Assembly (NCBI GenBank): GCA_963719515.1
Contig: CAVRCJ010000001.1
Location: 128,001 to 192,000 of the forward strand
DNA: 64,000 nt
Direction of reading: 5' to 3'
From: an uncultured cyanobacterium
Lineage (GTDB): Bacteria > Cyanobacteriota > Cyanobacteriia > CAKZMO01
The translations under genes and the position numbers were made by a program. Positions within the stretch are counted from its first letter, which is position 1, and each line of letters opens with the position of its first letter. Below the pieces are notes generated by a model. It ran no database searches. It was not told the DNA's origin and worked only from the letters and a program-made list of their open reading frames with translations. This document shows positions 32,004 to 42,351 of the stretch, in pieces.

Positions 32004-32942
32004 ACGCATTACCACAATCGCGCCGCCTGCCCCAATGGCTTCCGCCAGGGTGCTCACCAGCCGGTAAAGGGCGATCGCCCCCAGAAGTACGGCCGCCGGC
32101 AGCACCGGCTCCAGCAGCGCCAGCGCCGTCGCCTCAAAGACACCGATGCCTCCGGGCGCTCCGGGGACCACCAGCCCCAGCATCCAGGCCAGGCTAAAGC
32201 CACTCAGCAGCAGCGGGACATCCCCTAGGGCGACGGGGGTGAGGGCGCGCACCGCCACCAAGAAACCTGCCCCGCGCAGCAGCAGAAAGCCCAGCTCTCC
32301 GAGCAAGGGCCGCAGAGGGTAGCGGGCGAGCAGGATGTCTTTGGCTGGGTCGTCTTGAGGCAGATTATCTTTAGAAGCCTCAAAAGCCCCCTCCTGACCC
32401 GCCTTACCCTCTAGAGACTTTCCCTTTGACCGCGCTAGTCGCCCCAGCAGCGGGTTGAGCAGTCGGGGGTGCACCGCTCCTAGCCCCACCCCTAGCCCCA
32501 GCCACTGTAGCCCCCCGAAAGGACTGCCCACCAGCCCCACCGTCAAGGCGGCGATCGCCATCAGCAGCGCCTCCAGCACTACGCTCACCACCGCAACCAT
32601 GACCGCAATGTTGGCCGCCTTAGCGGCCATAACCCGCCCGTAAAAGTGCCAGACGTTTCCCGGCAGGTACTTGGCGATGTTAGTTCTCAGGTAAACCAGC
32701 GTGCTCCAGCGGGCAGAGACGGGGTGCCCCAGCGATCGCAAAATCCAGCCCCACACCCAGCCTGTCCAGATATGGGCCAGTAGGGTCACCCCCAAGGCCA
32801 GCAGTAAGCGCAGCCACCCCGCTGCATCTAGCCGCAGCGCAGCCACCTCTCGCCAGTGGTCTTTAGCGGCCTGGGCCAGGAAGAATAGCGTCCCCCCCAG
32901 AATAAACCAGCGCAGCAGAGGCTTCAGGCGACGTATTAGCAC
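31992..32942 (-). CDS. UPF0104 / lysylphosphatidylglycerol synthase TM-domain family membrane protein
   Basis: Multi-TM; NIAKYLPGNVWH, PGAPGGIGVFE, LYRLV. Confidence 0.8.
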   Translation of the reverse strand: MLIRRLKPLLRWFILGGTLFFLAQAAKDHWREVAALRLDAAGWLRLLLALGVTLLAHIWTGWVWGWILRSLGHPVSARWSTLVYLRTNIAKYLPGNVWHFYGRVMAAKAANIAVMVAVVSVVLEALLMAIAALTVGLVGSPFGGLQWLGLGVGLGAVHPRLLNPLLGRLARSKGKSLEGKAGQEGAFEASKDNLPQDDPAKDILLARYPLRPLLGELGFLLLRGAGFLVAVRALTPVALGDVPLLLSGFSLAWMLGLVVPGAPGGIGVFEATALALLEPVLPAAVLLGAIALYRLVSTLAEAIGAGGAIVVMRLRR

Positions 32943-33685
32943 TGAAAGGGGACTCCCTGGGGCCGATAGCTCTGCGTCACGCGGCCTGCCCCCCGCAGCT
33001 GCCGGTAGTAGGCCTGGCTGACGGCGTCTCCGGCGGCTGAGAGCAGATCGATGGCAATGCCGTTGCGCCCTCGCTTCCCCGAACTGTGGAGGTAGCGATC
33101 GCCCCCAAGGGAGAGGGCCACATGACTAATGCGCTCAGCGCCCTCGGCGCTAAAAAAGATCAGATCCCCCCGTTGGAGCGTCTCAATCGCGATCGCCTGG
33201 GTAAAGGCGCTCTGCTGGTAAGCATCGCGGGGGAGCCACACCCCCACCGAGGCAAACGCCGCCTGCATCAGGCCCGAGCAGTCGTAGTCGGGGCCGAGGG
33301 TGCCGCCCCATAGATAGGTATTGGGCCGGGCCAAAGCTGCCTTAGCAAAGCCGATGACCTGGGGGAGTCGCTCGCTAATCTGTTGGCGGGACGCGTGGAC
33401 GGTCTGATAGGGCTGGTTTGCGAGCTGCAGCTGGCGCTGGTCGGCGGCGGCAATCCAGCCGGGGTAGTCGTCTTCGCACAGCAGCACCTCAATCGCGCCT
33501 TGGGGGCTACCGGCACCGCCCCGCTCGCGTCCTTTGGGGGGGCGATCGCCTGGCGGTGATAAGATACGCAGTTGGCGGCCCTCTTGAGCTTGAGTCGCTA
33601 ACTCCGCTAACTCAGGCGAACTATAGAGATTTAGCGGGGTTCGACAGGTGTATTGAGGGTCTTCAGATGTCGTCGGAGATGCCAT
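32936..33685 (-). CDS. NlpC/P60 (C40) cell-wall peptidase
   Basis: YLWGG...DCSGL...LPRDAYQQ...GDLIFF...SHVAL...YLHSS; start placed at MASPT (33685). Confidence 0.88.
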   Translation of the reverse strand: MASPTTSEDPQYTCRTPLNLYSSPELAELATQAQEGRQLRILSPPGDRPPKGRERGGAGSPQGAIEVLLCEDDYPGWIAAADQRQLQLANQPYQTVHASRQQISERLPQVIGFAKAALARPNTYLWGGTLGPDYDCSGLMQAAFASVGVWLPRDAYQQSAFTQAIAIETLQRGDLIFFSAEGAERISHVALSLGGDRYLHSSGKRGRNGIAIDLLSAAGDAVSQAYYRQLRGAGRVTQSYRPQGVPFQC

Positions 33686-34618
33686 ATGCCATTTTTCCAT
33701 CGTGATGCGCCCCTTCAAGCACTGGGCGATCGCCTGCTCGACGCCGTTTGGGCCAAGTTCCCTAAGCTGGCAAAAAACCAGATGGCCCTTACCTGGATCA
33801 TCTACGATGACCCCGTTCCTGTAAATACCGGCGGGGCGCTCAACGCCGACGACTTTTGGACGATGGCCATCCGTGGGTTTTCCTATCGTGGGGTTGAGTG
33901 CCTTTACCCCGCTAGCGTGGTAAAGCTGTTTTACCTGGTGGCGGTTCACGAGTGGCTAGAGAACGGCATGATCGCCCTGACGCCAGAGCTAGAGCGAGCC
34001 GTTACCGACATGATTGTCGACTCTAGCAACGATGCCACTGGCCTTGTGGTCGATTGCTTGACGGGCACCACTAGCGGCCCAGAGATCCCCGCTGGCCCCT
34101 TCGAAACCTGGCGGCAGCAGCGCAACCTCGTCAACCGCTACTACCGCTCCCTCGGCTGGGAAGAGCTAGCCACCGTCAACGTCAATCAAAAAACCTGGTG
34201 TGATGGGCCTTACGGACGGGAGCAAGCTTTCCTCGGCCCTGCCTTAGGAAATCGCAACCTGCTGACCACCGACGCGACGGCGCGGCTGCTTCACAGCATT
34301 ATTGGTGGCGTCGCGGTAACGGCCCAGCGATCGCAGCAGATGATGGACCTAATGGCCCGCAGTCTTGACCCTGCAGCTTTAGCACAAAACCCTGAGAACC
34401 AGGTGACGGGGTTCTTAGGTGGGGGGCTGCCCCAAAGCGCCAGGGTTTGGTCCAAGGCCGGCTGGACCAGTCGCGTGCGCCACGACGCGGCCTACGTTGA
34501 GATACCCAATGCGCCACCGTTTTTGCTGGTGGTGTTCACGGAGGGACATAGTCAAAATGAGGAGCTGCTGCCGTTTGTGGCGAGCGAGGTCGTCAACCTG
34601 CTTGGAGCAGCAGACTAG
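33686..34618 (+). CDS. Serine hydrolase, class A beta-lactamase-like fold
   Basis: PASVVK (SxxK), SSN (SxN), SKAG, RHDAAY; start placed at MPFFH. Confidence 0.85.
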   Translation: MPFFHRDAPLQALGDRLLDAVWAKFPKLAKNQMALTWIIYDDPVPVNTGGALNADDFWTMAIRGFSYRGVECLYPASVVKLFYLVAVHEWLENGMIALTPELERAVTDMIVDSSNDATGLVVDCLTGTTSGPEIPAGPFETWRQQRNLVNRYYRSLGWEELATVNVNQKTWCDGPYGREQAFLGPALGNRNLLTTDATARLLHSIIGGVAVTAQRSQQMMDLMARSLDPAALAQNPENQVTGFLGGGLPQSARVWSKAGWTSRVRHDAAYVEIPNAPPFLLVVFTEGHSQNEELLPFVASEVVNLLGAAD

Positions 34619-34755
34619 CCTCCAGTTTGCTGATGATGTCACACCGGGCCTCGCCCCTGCAAAATCTCTTGGGGGCTGCTTCGCTCGCTCGGAAGAATAT
34701 GATAAAGTCTCTTCGGAAGAGAGCCTGTAGTAGGCCGTTAATAGAGGAGCGATTG

Positions 34756-35073
34756 ATGGAAGACCGGCAGCTTTTGGCCCAAACGATGGCTTTTCTACTC
34801 TGCACTACGCCGGAGACAACGCTGGGCAAACTGCTTAACTTTTGCCTTGCCGCCAAGGTAGAGCCTGAAACCGCCAACAAAACGCCGCTCGACTTCGCGC
34901 AAGAGTTGATTGAGCACCCTGAAACCCTCTCGACCTGGATCACTGAGGTGATCGATAGTGACGACAGCTACAGCGTTGAGGAGATGGTCGCGCTCTCAGA
35001 GATGCACCTCAGTGATTCAGAAGTATTCATGCGTCGCCTGCTTGAAGAAACGAGCGCCGTCAAAATTACGTAG
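34756..35073 (+). CDS. Hypothetical acidic protein (105 aa)
   Basis: ATG preceded by GAGGAG; protein-like composition; fills the gap between genes. Confidence 0.6.
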   Translation: MEDRQLLAQTMAFLLCTTPETTLGKLLNFCLAAKVEPETANKTPLDFAQELIEHPETLSTWITEVIDSDDSYSVEEMVALSEMHLSDSEVFMRRLLEETSAVKIT

Positions 35074-35387
35074 CGATCGCCAGTGCTGCCACCCAGCTGA
35101 CGGCGCTGACCGAAAGCCTGCTAATGTTGCCCTGCACCGCTCAAGGCAAGCTGCAGCTGCACAACCTGCTTGATCTGGCCAAGCGGTTTATCAGGCGGGG
35201 GGCTTTGGCCTCGGGCTGGCGATCGCCCAAAATATTGCCCGTAATCGCGGCGAGCCTTTAGCCTGATAGCGCCCGCTATGCAGGAGGCGATCGCTTAGTT
35301 CGTAGCCTATACCTCCTGTTGATTCAAGCGCGGACTTTTCCCTCACAACGGAGAGAGGCCGTGCTTTGCGCTGTCCAGCAGGCTTAG

Positions 35388-35417
35388 AAAAAACCCCCTT
35401 ACCGTTTGGTAAGGGGG
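35388..35417 (-). terminator. Intrinsic terminator of chlP
   Basis: CCCCCTTACC-GTTT-GGTAAGGGGG perfect 10-bp stem preceded by A6 (U6 on the minus strand), ~60 nt after the chlP stop. Confidence 0.75.
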
Positions 35418-35474
35418 AGCGCATTCAGGGATGAAATCTAATTGGAGGCGTAATGGACCATTAACGGGTGCCCT

Positions 35475-36695
35475 CTAAGGTGCGATCGCATTACCGCGCA
35501 GTAAGCTGCCTACCGTCTTCGCGGTAATTTTGAGCTGCTTGAGCGGGTTCATAGGCACCACCGTCTTATAGAGGTAGCTGTCAAAAGTCGCCTTCTGCAC
35601 GTCGAGGTCGCTGCACATCTCTACAAAGGCCTCGCGGGTAGCGTCTGAGCGGTAGAACACCCGCTGCAGCACGTCGAGCACCAGGTAGGTCATACCGTAC
35701 TCTTTGTCCCACTTTTTGATGTAGGCCTTGAGGTCTGCCTCGCTGGGCATCCGCTGACCAGCGTCGGAGCGCTCCACGATCATCTCGGCGCACATGCGGG
35801 CCGACTTGGCGGCGAAGTAGATGCCCTCACCCGAGGACTTGGTCACCGTACCGGCGGCGTCTCCCACCAGCGCGACGCGGCCCACCACCCGGCGAGGGCG
35901 GGGATGCTCGGGAATGGGGTGCGCTTCTACCTTAATAATTTCGCCGCCCTCTAGCTTGCGGGCCGCCCGCTTGCGCAGACCCACCTGCAGCTGCTTGATG
36001 CTGGCCTGGTTGTTCCGCATGGTGCCAGTGCCGACAGCGACGTGGTCATACTTGGGGAACACCCAGCCGTAGAAGTCGGTAGAGACGTCATCGCCGACGT
36101 ACATTTCCGCTAGGTTTTCGTAGCGGGCCATCTTGTCTTCAGGCAGGCGGATGCGCTCTTGGAAGGCGATCGCGTAGTTATAGTCTCCGGCGTCGATGGC
36201 GCGGGCCACGCGGGAGTTAGCGCCATCTGCGCCGATGACCACATCGGCCTTGAGGGTGCGGATGGCCTCTTCGCCCTTGCCCTGGGAGTGATCGGTGTAG
36301 TGCAGGGTGTAAGGGCCGTCTGTGGTTTGGGGCAGCTCCAGCTTGTGAACGGTGCCGTTGATCAGCTTAGCGCCCGTACGAGCGGCGCGATCGCGCAGGA
36401 AGCCGTCTAGAACCTCGCGGCGACACATGCCGATGTACTCGCCCTCGTTGCGGATGCGGATGTCTGCCACCTGGTTGGAAGGCGAGATCATCTCCATCTT
36501 GGTGACGCGCCGGTCAATAATTTCTGGCGGCAGGTCGAACTCATCGACCATGCACAGCGGAATCGCACCGCCGCAGGGCTTAGCGTTGTCTAGCTTCCGC
36601 TCGAATAGATAGGTCTCGATACCTGCTTTGGCGAGGACTTCAGCAGCAGAGGAGCCTGCTGGCCCTGACCCGACGACAGCAACCCGTAGTACCAA
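35475..36695 (-). CDS. chlP: Geranylgeranyl reductase
   Basis: VAVVGSGPAG, AKPCGGAIPLCM, GADGANS, AHPIPEHPRP, GDAAG..TKSSGEGIYFA. Confidence 0.96.
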   Translation of the reverse strand: MVLRVAVVGSGPAGSSAAEVLAKAGIETYLFERKLDNAKPCGGAIPLCMVDEFDLPPEIIDRRVTKMEMISPSNQVADIRIRNEGEYIGMCRREVLDGFLRDRAARTGAKLINGTVHKLELPQTTDGPYTLHYTDHSQGKGEEAIRTLKADVVIGADGANSRVARAIDAGDYNYAIAFQERIRLPEDKMARYENLAEMYVGDDVSTDFYGWVFPKYDHVAVGTGTMRNNQASIKQLQVGLRKRAARKLEGGEIIKVEAHPIPEHPRPRRVVGRVALVGDAAGTVTKSSGEGIYFAAKSARMCAEMIVERSDAGQRMPSEADLKAYIKKWDKEYGMTYLVLDVLQRVFYRSDATREAFVEMCSDLDVQKATFDSYLYKTVVPMNPLKQLKITAKTVGSLLRGNAIAP

Positions 36696-36999
36696 CGCTT
36701 TTCTCCCAAATGCCTAGTGACTTACGGGATGAATCGTATCATAGACGTCTGATGGAGTATGGATTTGGGGCGCTAGATGTATCTGTAATGACATTATCTT
36801 TAACATAACGATACCTTTTGCGGGGCGGCTGCATCACGGCAAATTGGGCATTCCCGCACGTACGGGCGCAGCATGCTGTGCCCCCACCCCGTCCACACCG
36901 ATGGGCGATCGCCCCAATTTGAAACATTCCCTAAATAACTCACTCTCTGAGATGTTCAGCCGATAAAATTGTGATCACCGTTGCTTTGTACTAGCTAAC

Positions 37000-38163
37000 A
37001 TGCCCCTGAAACCGCTGCGCATCCACGAAATTCTTAAGGCAAAGCGCGAAGATTTTACGGTGTTTGATAAAAAAACGCTGGGTTACCTGCAGAAATATCG
37101 AGCAGCGTTGGGCGAAATGACGCAGCAGCCCTTGGAGTCGTTCAAGCCGCCAGAGGACCCTGAGGACTACGGGGCGCTGCCGCTGGGCTCTCTAGAGGAT
37201 AGCGACCACGGGGTGATGGCTGCCAACCTCACCTGGACCAGCCGCGCCCAGAGCCTAGACTGGGTACGCGATCGCCTCACGGGAATTCGCACCTTCGCGG
37301 TGGATGGCTCCCAGATTTATTCCGGTAAAGACCTGTCGATTCCGGTGGCCTTAGTACAAATCGGCTGGTTCGAGAACCCCCACCTGCCCAGCGGCGGCTA
37401 TGAAAAAGACATTGACCTAGACGTGATGACGCCGGGGGATCTGCAGGTGAGCAGCAGCGGCGAACCTGCCGACCGCAAGGTGAACTTTCGCCGCTTTGAA
37501 ATGGAAACCCAGCGGTTGATTCAATATATAGAGGAGCATGCCGATCGCCAAGACTGCCTCGTTTTCTTTGACGGGTCGCTGGTGGGCACCTTTGCCCGCA
37601 TGTTTGACCCTGACCTGCAAAAGGAATATGTGGACTGCTTTGTGGCGCTGCTGCAGGCCAGTCAATCTTGCCGGGTGCCGCTGGTGGGCTATGTCGACAC
37701 GACCTACGCCCGCGACATCACCGTGATGCTCCAGCATCAGTTCAATCTCCCCCCCTGCCGCTCTATCCATGACGCTCAGCTGCTACACAAATATATGAAC
37801 TGGGGCGATCGCACTGCGCTGATGCAGTGCCTGCGATCGGGCATTTTGCGGGACTACGGCGATCAAAGCGATCAGGTGGCGTTTACTTACCTGAAGACCA
37901 CCCGCGAGGGCTACCCGGCGCGGCTGGAAATCCCCCTGTGGGTGCATGAGGCGGGGCTAGTGAACCGGGTGGTGGATTGGGTCCGGGGTGAGGTGATTAT
38001 TGGCGGGGGTTATCCTTACGTTTTGGAGACGGCGGACCAGACGGCGGTGCTGCAGGCGGAGGACCGGCAGGCTTTCTTTCGCATCCTGCAGGAGTGGACG
38101 GAGCAGGAGCACCTGAATCTACGCTTTTCTCGGAAGATGGTGAGTAAGAGCCGGCGGCGGTAA
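37000..38163 (+). CDS. nurA: NurA-domain nuclease
   Basis: FAVDGSQ, FFDGSL, RLEIP and GYPYVLETADQTA motifs. Confidence 0.8.
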   Translation: MPLKPLRIHEILKAKREDFTVFDKKTLGYLQKYRAALGEMTQQPLESFKPPEDPEDYGALPLGSLEDSDHGVMAANLTWTSRAQSLDWVRDRLTGIRTFAVDGSQIYSGKDLSIPVALVQIGWFENPHLPSGGYEKDIDLDVMTPGDLQVSSSGEPADRKVNFRRFEMETQRLIQYIEEHADRQDCLVFFDGSLVGTFARMFDPDLQKEYVDCFVALLQASQSCRVPLVGYVDTTYARDITVMLQHQFNLPPCRSIHDAQLLHKYMNWGDRTALMQCLRSGILRDYGDQSDQVAFTYLKTTREGYPARLEIPLWVHEAGLVNRVVDWVRGEVIIGGGYPYVLETADQTAVLQAEDRQAFFRILQEWTEQEHLNLRFSRKMVSKSRRR

Positions 38164-40457
38164 TGTGTGTTAGCAATTTGCGGCGTCTCTAATGGCCTCG
38201 GCGATTTTAACGAGCGCGGCGTCTTGCTCGTGCTCCTCAAGGCTATTGAGGGGCTGCTGGGGGGGCTGAGCGGCTTGGTAGTTGGCAATTTCAGTATTGC
38301 TGTAGCCGCTGTGACGAATGGGTATCCAGATAATAGTGAGTCCCTCGCGCTTTGCAGCGTTTAGGAGCGGGGGAAGCTGGTTGTCGGCAATAAAGTCCGA
38401 TGCTAGGAAATCGGGACTAACCAAAAGGATGGCGACTTTTGCCGATGCAATCGCAGTTTCGGTTTCGCTGCGCCATTCAGCACCTGGCTGAATTTGGGTA
38501 TTATCCCATTCTGTAACCGTGCCTCTGCGCACCATAGGTCTGAGGAAGGTATGCAATTTTTCGAACCACACACTGTCTTGACGACTGTAGCTGATGAAGA
38601 CTTGACTACGATTGGGTCTTGAGATGGTTAGAGTGTCTGCCTTGTCTCTCTCTAGCTCGGACTGGAGTTCTGCCGCAGACGTGCCCATGACATCATCAAT
38701 GAGCGATCGCACATCCACCATTTCGTAGCTCTTGTCACACTCAACCTTGTACCGCTTATCCGATAAGCGCCGCTGCAGTTTATCAAGCTGATACACATGG
38801 GGATCTTGAGTACCGCTACAGATAAAGCAGTTGCAGGGTACGAGGGTTTCATACTGTAACCGTTCGTAAGAGCTGTGGATTTTATCGAACTCGTGGGTAA
38901 TTATAGCAAGCAGCTCCTTTTTGCGCTGTCCGGACACGCGGATGCGCATCTTGCGCTGGCTATAGTGCTCAATGACCTCGGAGCAAGCATCATCTTTGAC
39001 GAGAACGACGCCGCTCTTCCACACGAAACGCTGCTCCTTAATCCAGGGATTCATCTCAACGATAAACCTAGTAAGAAGACCTTTAGGCATAAATTCATAC
39101 TCGTAGCGCAAGATGAGATTATGTGTGTTGTCCCAATCGTATTCTGGCTGCTCAATCGAGAGCAAGTTGGGCGCAATGTATGTGCCGGAGCGAGTAGGGA
39201 TCTCGTAGCAAAGCTTGAATCGCATCATCAAATGCAGTAGCTCGTCGCGTACATCTTCATACTGATTATCGTTCCAGATTGCATCGAGCTGAGAGCGGAT
39301 AAAGCACCCTTGATTATTAAAGACTTCTCTATTGTATAAGACTTTATAGACAGCTGCTGTTCCCCATTCAGGTTTGAGGATAATGGTTTTTCTTAATAGT
39401 GGCTCATCTTGAAAGTGAAGATAAACTCCTAAGTCATGAAGATAATCGCTGAGCTGAAGTTGGTCGTCTCGCCGCTCAAAGCCGTTAGCCTCACAAATTC
39501 TGAAGTATTCGTCTATGGAAATATAGTTGCGATCGTCTGATTCAAGGGATCGCCGTACGTCTACCCACTTCTTAGGTAGGGGGTTTCCTACATGATGTAA
39601 CTGACCAGCCTGAGACTTAATACTCTTTAGGATATCTTTCAAGCCTCGATTGGTCGCTAAATTAGTTGGCAAGATACCTCTCAAGTTCAGAAATTCGCCT
39701 CGAAGAGCTCGTTCATTAACCTGACAAGTACGCTCCTGCTTTTCATTTTTAACAATCAAGACAGGGCTGCTGTCACTCAATAGTTCTACAATACTGAGCC
39801 AATAATGAAGATCGGTATTCTCTTGACGAGTATCAACTACGACGAGATAGAGCGATCGCTTAGTGAGAAAAAATTGATGGGTAGAGTGATAGATTTCCTG
39901 CCCGCCGAAGTCCCAAATGTTGAGCCTGAAAGTTGTGCCATCTGAAAGGAAAAAGCTCCAGTTAATCACGTCAATGCCATCAGTAGATGGCTCTTGAGGA
40001 TCCAACGCGTAGGTGTTGTTCTCAATTTTATTCGCAAGAGTTGTTTTACCTACCCCGCCTTCCCCGAGGATTAAAAGTTTGGCTTCATAAAGATAGTCTC
40101 GTCCCTGCTCCAACTGTTGGCGAAAATAGTCTATGATCGCCGCTGTGCCTTTGCAAACAATTTCAGGAGGTGGATCTACGAGAGTTTTATTGTAAACAAG
40201 ATTAAGTGATTTTAGCCCCTCGAGATGACCAATTTCAACTGGCAGACTTGCAAGCTTATTAAGGGTGAGGTCGAGCAGCCGTAGACTCTCAAGCTGACCA
40301 ATTTCCGGTGGTAGGCTTGTAAATTGACTGTTGCGCAGATCAAGCGATTCAAGTCTACTAAGTTGACCAATTTCGGCTGGCAGGTTAGTGAGTTGACTGT
40401 TGCAAAGATCGAGTGATTGAAGTTTGGTAAGGCAGCCAATCTCGGCTGGCAGCTTGG

Positions 40458-41773
40458 CTTAGTGGTGCAGAAATCTCATAGGAGGCTTAAGCGGACTCAT
40501 CATGAGAAGACGACCACCCTTGAGAACTCAATTTGGCAGTCTAAAGCGGCTCGCTTGCGCTTCGAGGCACAGGCTTTAGGTGGACTTTTGGGTGGTAGGG
40601 CAATCAGCGTTGGCAGTAGCACTCGCCTGTAGCAGCACCGTCCTATATTTCTCAGACCAAGCTGCAGAAAACTCAGTCCCCTATCGCCATGCCAGTCGAG
40701 CTTTGAGCGTTGACCGCTCTGAACAAGGATCATGCCAACAATTAGCGCAATCAGATAGGCCGTGTCCAACAGCATGAATAGACACGTCAGGGCTTGAGCA
40801 TCCCTTAGACCGGAGGCGAGGACATTGAAGGCCGCCGACTTGTAGTCTTTGAAGTGCGGCTCTATGCCGCCAAAGCGCTTGCCGTAGAGCGCGAAGGTTT
40901 GCAGGGAGGGGGGCGTGCTTGATAGAACCGCCCAGGGCTCGCTGGCGTTGGGAAGGTGGCCTGTGACGAGGTGCGCCTCAATGTCCTCTAAGACAGTGAC
41001 ATTGTGTAATAGATAAGCTTGCTGCTCTGGGGGGAATAGATATTGCACCGAACGAGTCGCTCCAGTAGCAAGGCGGACCTGCATGTCACACTTGACCCGA
41101 ACCGCCCACTGCCACTGGCACTCCTCGAGCCAGACCAGCAGTTCTCTGTGGGCAAAGCCTCGGTCAGCCAACAGCGTCACCCCGCAACCGGAGGGCACCA
41201 GCGCTTTGGCTGCCTCAAGAACGTGTTTGTAGTCCTTGAAGGCGACACTAGCACTCTTGTGCTCTAGCACCACCTGAGCCAAGGCAAACGAGCGCCCACC
41301 CCACACCAGACAGACTTCCACCAAACAGAACTGCTCCCACAGCATGCTGGTGTCTAAAGTTAGGGTAATCTCGCTGCCGTCAAATGCTTGCAGAGCATGG
41401 CGTAGGAGCGGTACGTAGAAGCGCTCAGCGCTGATGTGCTGGTTGTGAACCAAGTAGCTTAGGCGCTCCATGTGTGCTCTAGCCTCGCAGTTTCGATGGC
41501 TCAGGTAGGTGACCCATTTCCCCAGACAGGCGCTTTGAGATTGCAGGATAGCAGCGACTGCTTCTGCAACGCCTTGCAGGTGACGCTCGTCTTTTGGGTT
41601 GACCCATTGACGTAGTTGGTCCATCAGCTGACGATAAAGCAGGGGTGTTTCCATTGATTTAGCTTTGAGTTGGGGAACTTAAGCTTCTCATGGAACACCC
41701 CTACCGTTAACCCCTGTCCTAGGCTGAGACTTTATGTATACCAATACTTTCAGGACTTCCCTGCACCACTAAG
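40458..41773 (-). mobile_element. IS4-family insertion sequence, 1316 bp
   Basis: Perfect 13-bp IRs CTTAGTGGTGCAG (40458-40470) / CTGCACCACTAAG (41761-41773); 10-bp direct repeat GGCAGCTTGG at 40448-40457 and 41774-41783. Confidence 0.92.
40500..41654 (-). CDS. DDE transposase, IS4 family
   Basis: TLDTS, LLADRGF, YGKRFGGIEPHFKDYKS (YREK-like motif). Confidence 0.9.
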   Translation of the reverse strand: METPLLYRQLMDQLRQWVNPKDERHLQGVAEAVAAILQSQSACLGKWVTYLSHRNCEARAHMERLSYLVHNQHISAERFYVPLLRHALQAFDGSEITLTLDTSMLWEQFCLVEVCLVWGGRSFALAQVVLEHKSASVAFKDYKHVLEAAKALVPSGCGVTLLADRGFAHRELLVWLEECQWQWAVRVKCDMQVRLATGATRSVQYLFPPEQQAYLLHNVTVLEDIEAHLVTGHLPNASEPWAVLSSTPPSLQTFALYGKRFGGIEPHFKDYKSAAFNVLASGLRDAQALTCLFMLLDTAYLIALIVGMILVQSGQRSKLDWHGDRGLSFLQLGLRNIGRCCYRRVLLPTLIALPPKSPPKACASKRKRAALDCQIEFSRVVVFS

Positions 41774-42351
41774 GGCAGCTTGGTGAGATTATTGAAGCTC
41801 AAGTCAAGTGTCTTGAGATTAGTGAGGTTGCCAACTTCAGCTGGTAGACTGTTCAGTTGGTTGTAGCGCAGGTTAAGCCTCTGGAGATCAGCGAGTTTGC
41901 CAATTTCAGCTGGTAGATTGCGCAGCTGGTTGCCACGAAGATCGAGCGACTGAAGGTTAGTAAGCTGTCCAATTTCCGGCGGCAGATTGGTTAGCTGGTT
42001 ACCGCTAAGATCAAGTACCTGAAGACTTGTAAGCTGTCCGATTTCGGACGGCAACGTACTCAACCCACGGCGTCCAAGAGAAAGCTTCTTCACACTCGCC
42101 AAATTTGCTTCTCTAATTACATGAAGCAGTTCGTCATTTGTCATCTATCAATAGCCCACGCTACCTCAATACTCTAACGACTAAAATTAGCTGTGAGTAG
42201 CCCTATCCTTGTAGCTCTAAGAGAAAGGGGCGATCGCTGCTGTGGGATGGGCGCTAAGCCCTGGATAGCTCGCAGCAAGATCAACCCACCCCATCGGCCA
42301 AACTGGTAGGGGCTGACGGGGTAGGTAAAGCCGGGCTACGACTTCGATTCC

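Larger units (their letters stand above)
38170..42144 (-). pseudogene. LRR-Roc-COR-TIR (Roco) protein interrupted by an IS4-family element
   Basis: LRRs LPxEIGxLxxLxxLDL on both sides of the IS; Roc GEGGVGKT, WDFGGQ, NEKQ; COR; TIR QVFISYSRQD. Removing the IS plus one TSD gives one 882-aa frame. Confidence 0.92.

Noticed and set aside
33686..33949. Long N-terminal extension of the NlpC/P60 ORF to 33949
   Set aside because: It overlaps the serine hydrolase antisense; family-like sequence begins only after 33685.
40212..40439. 75-aa minus-strand ORF beside the IS
   Set aside because: Wrong frame; the LRR continuation is in the frame of 38170..40113.
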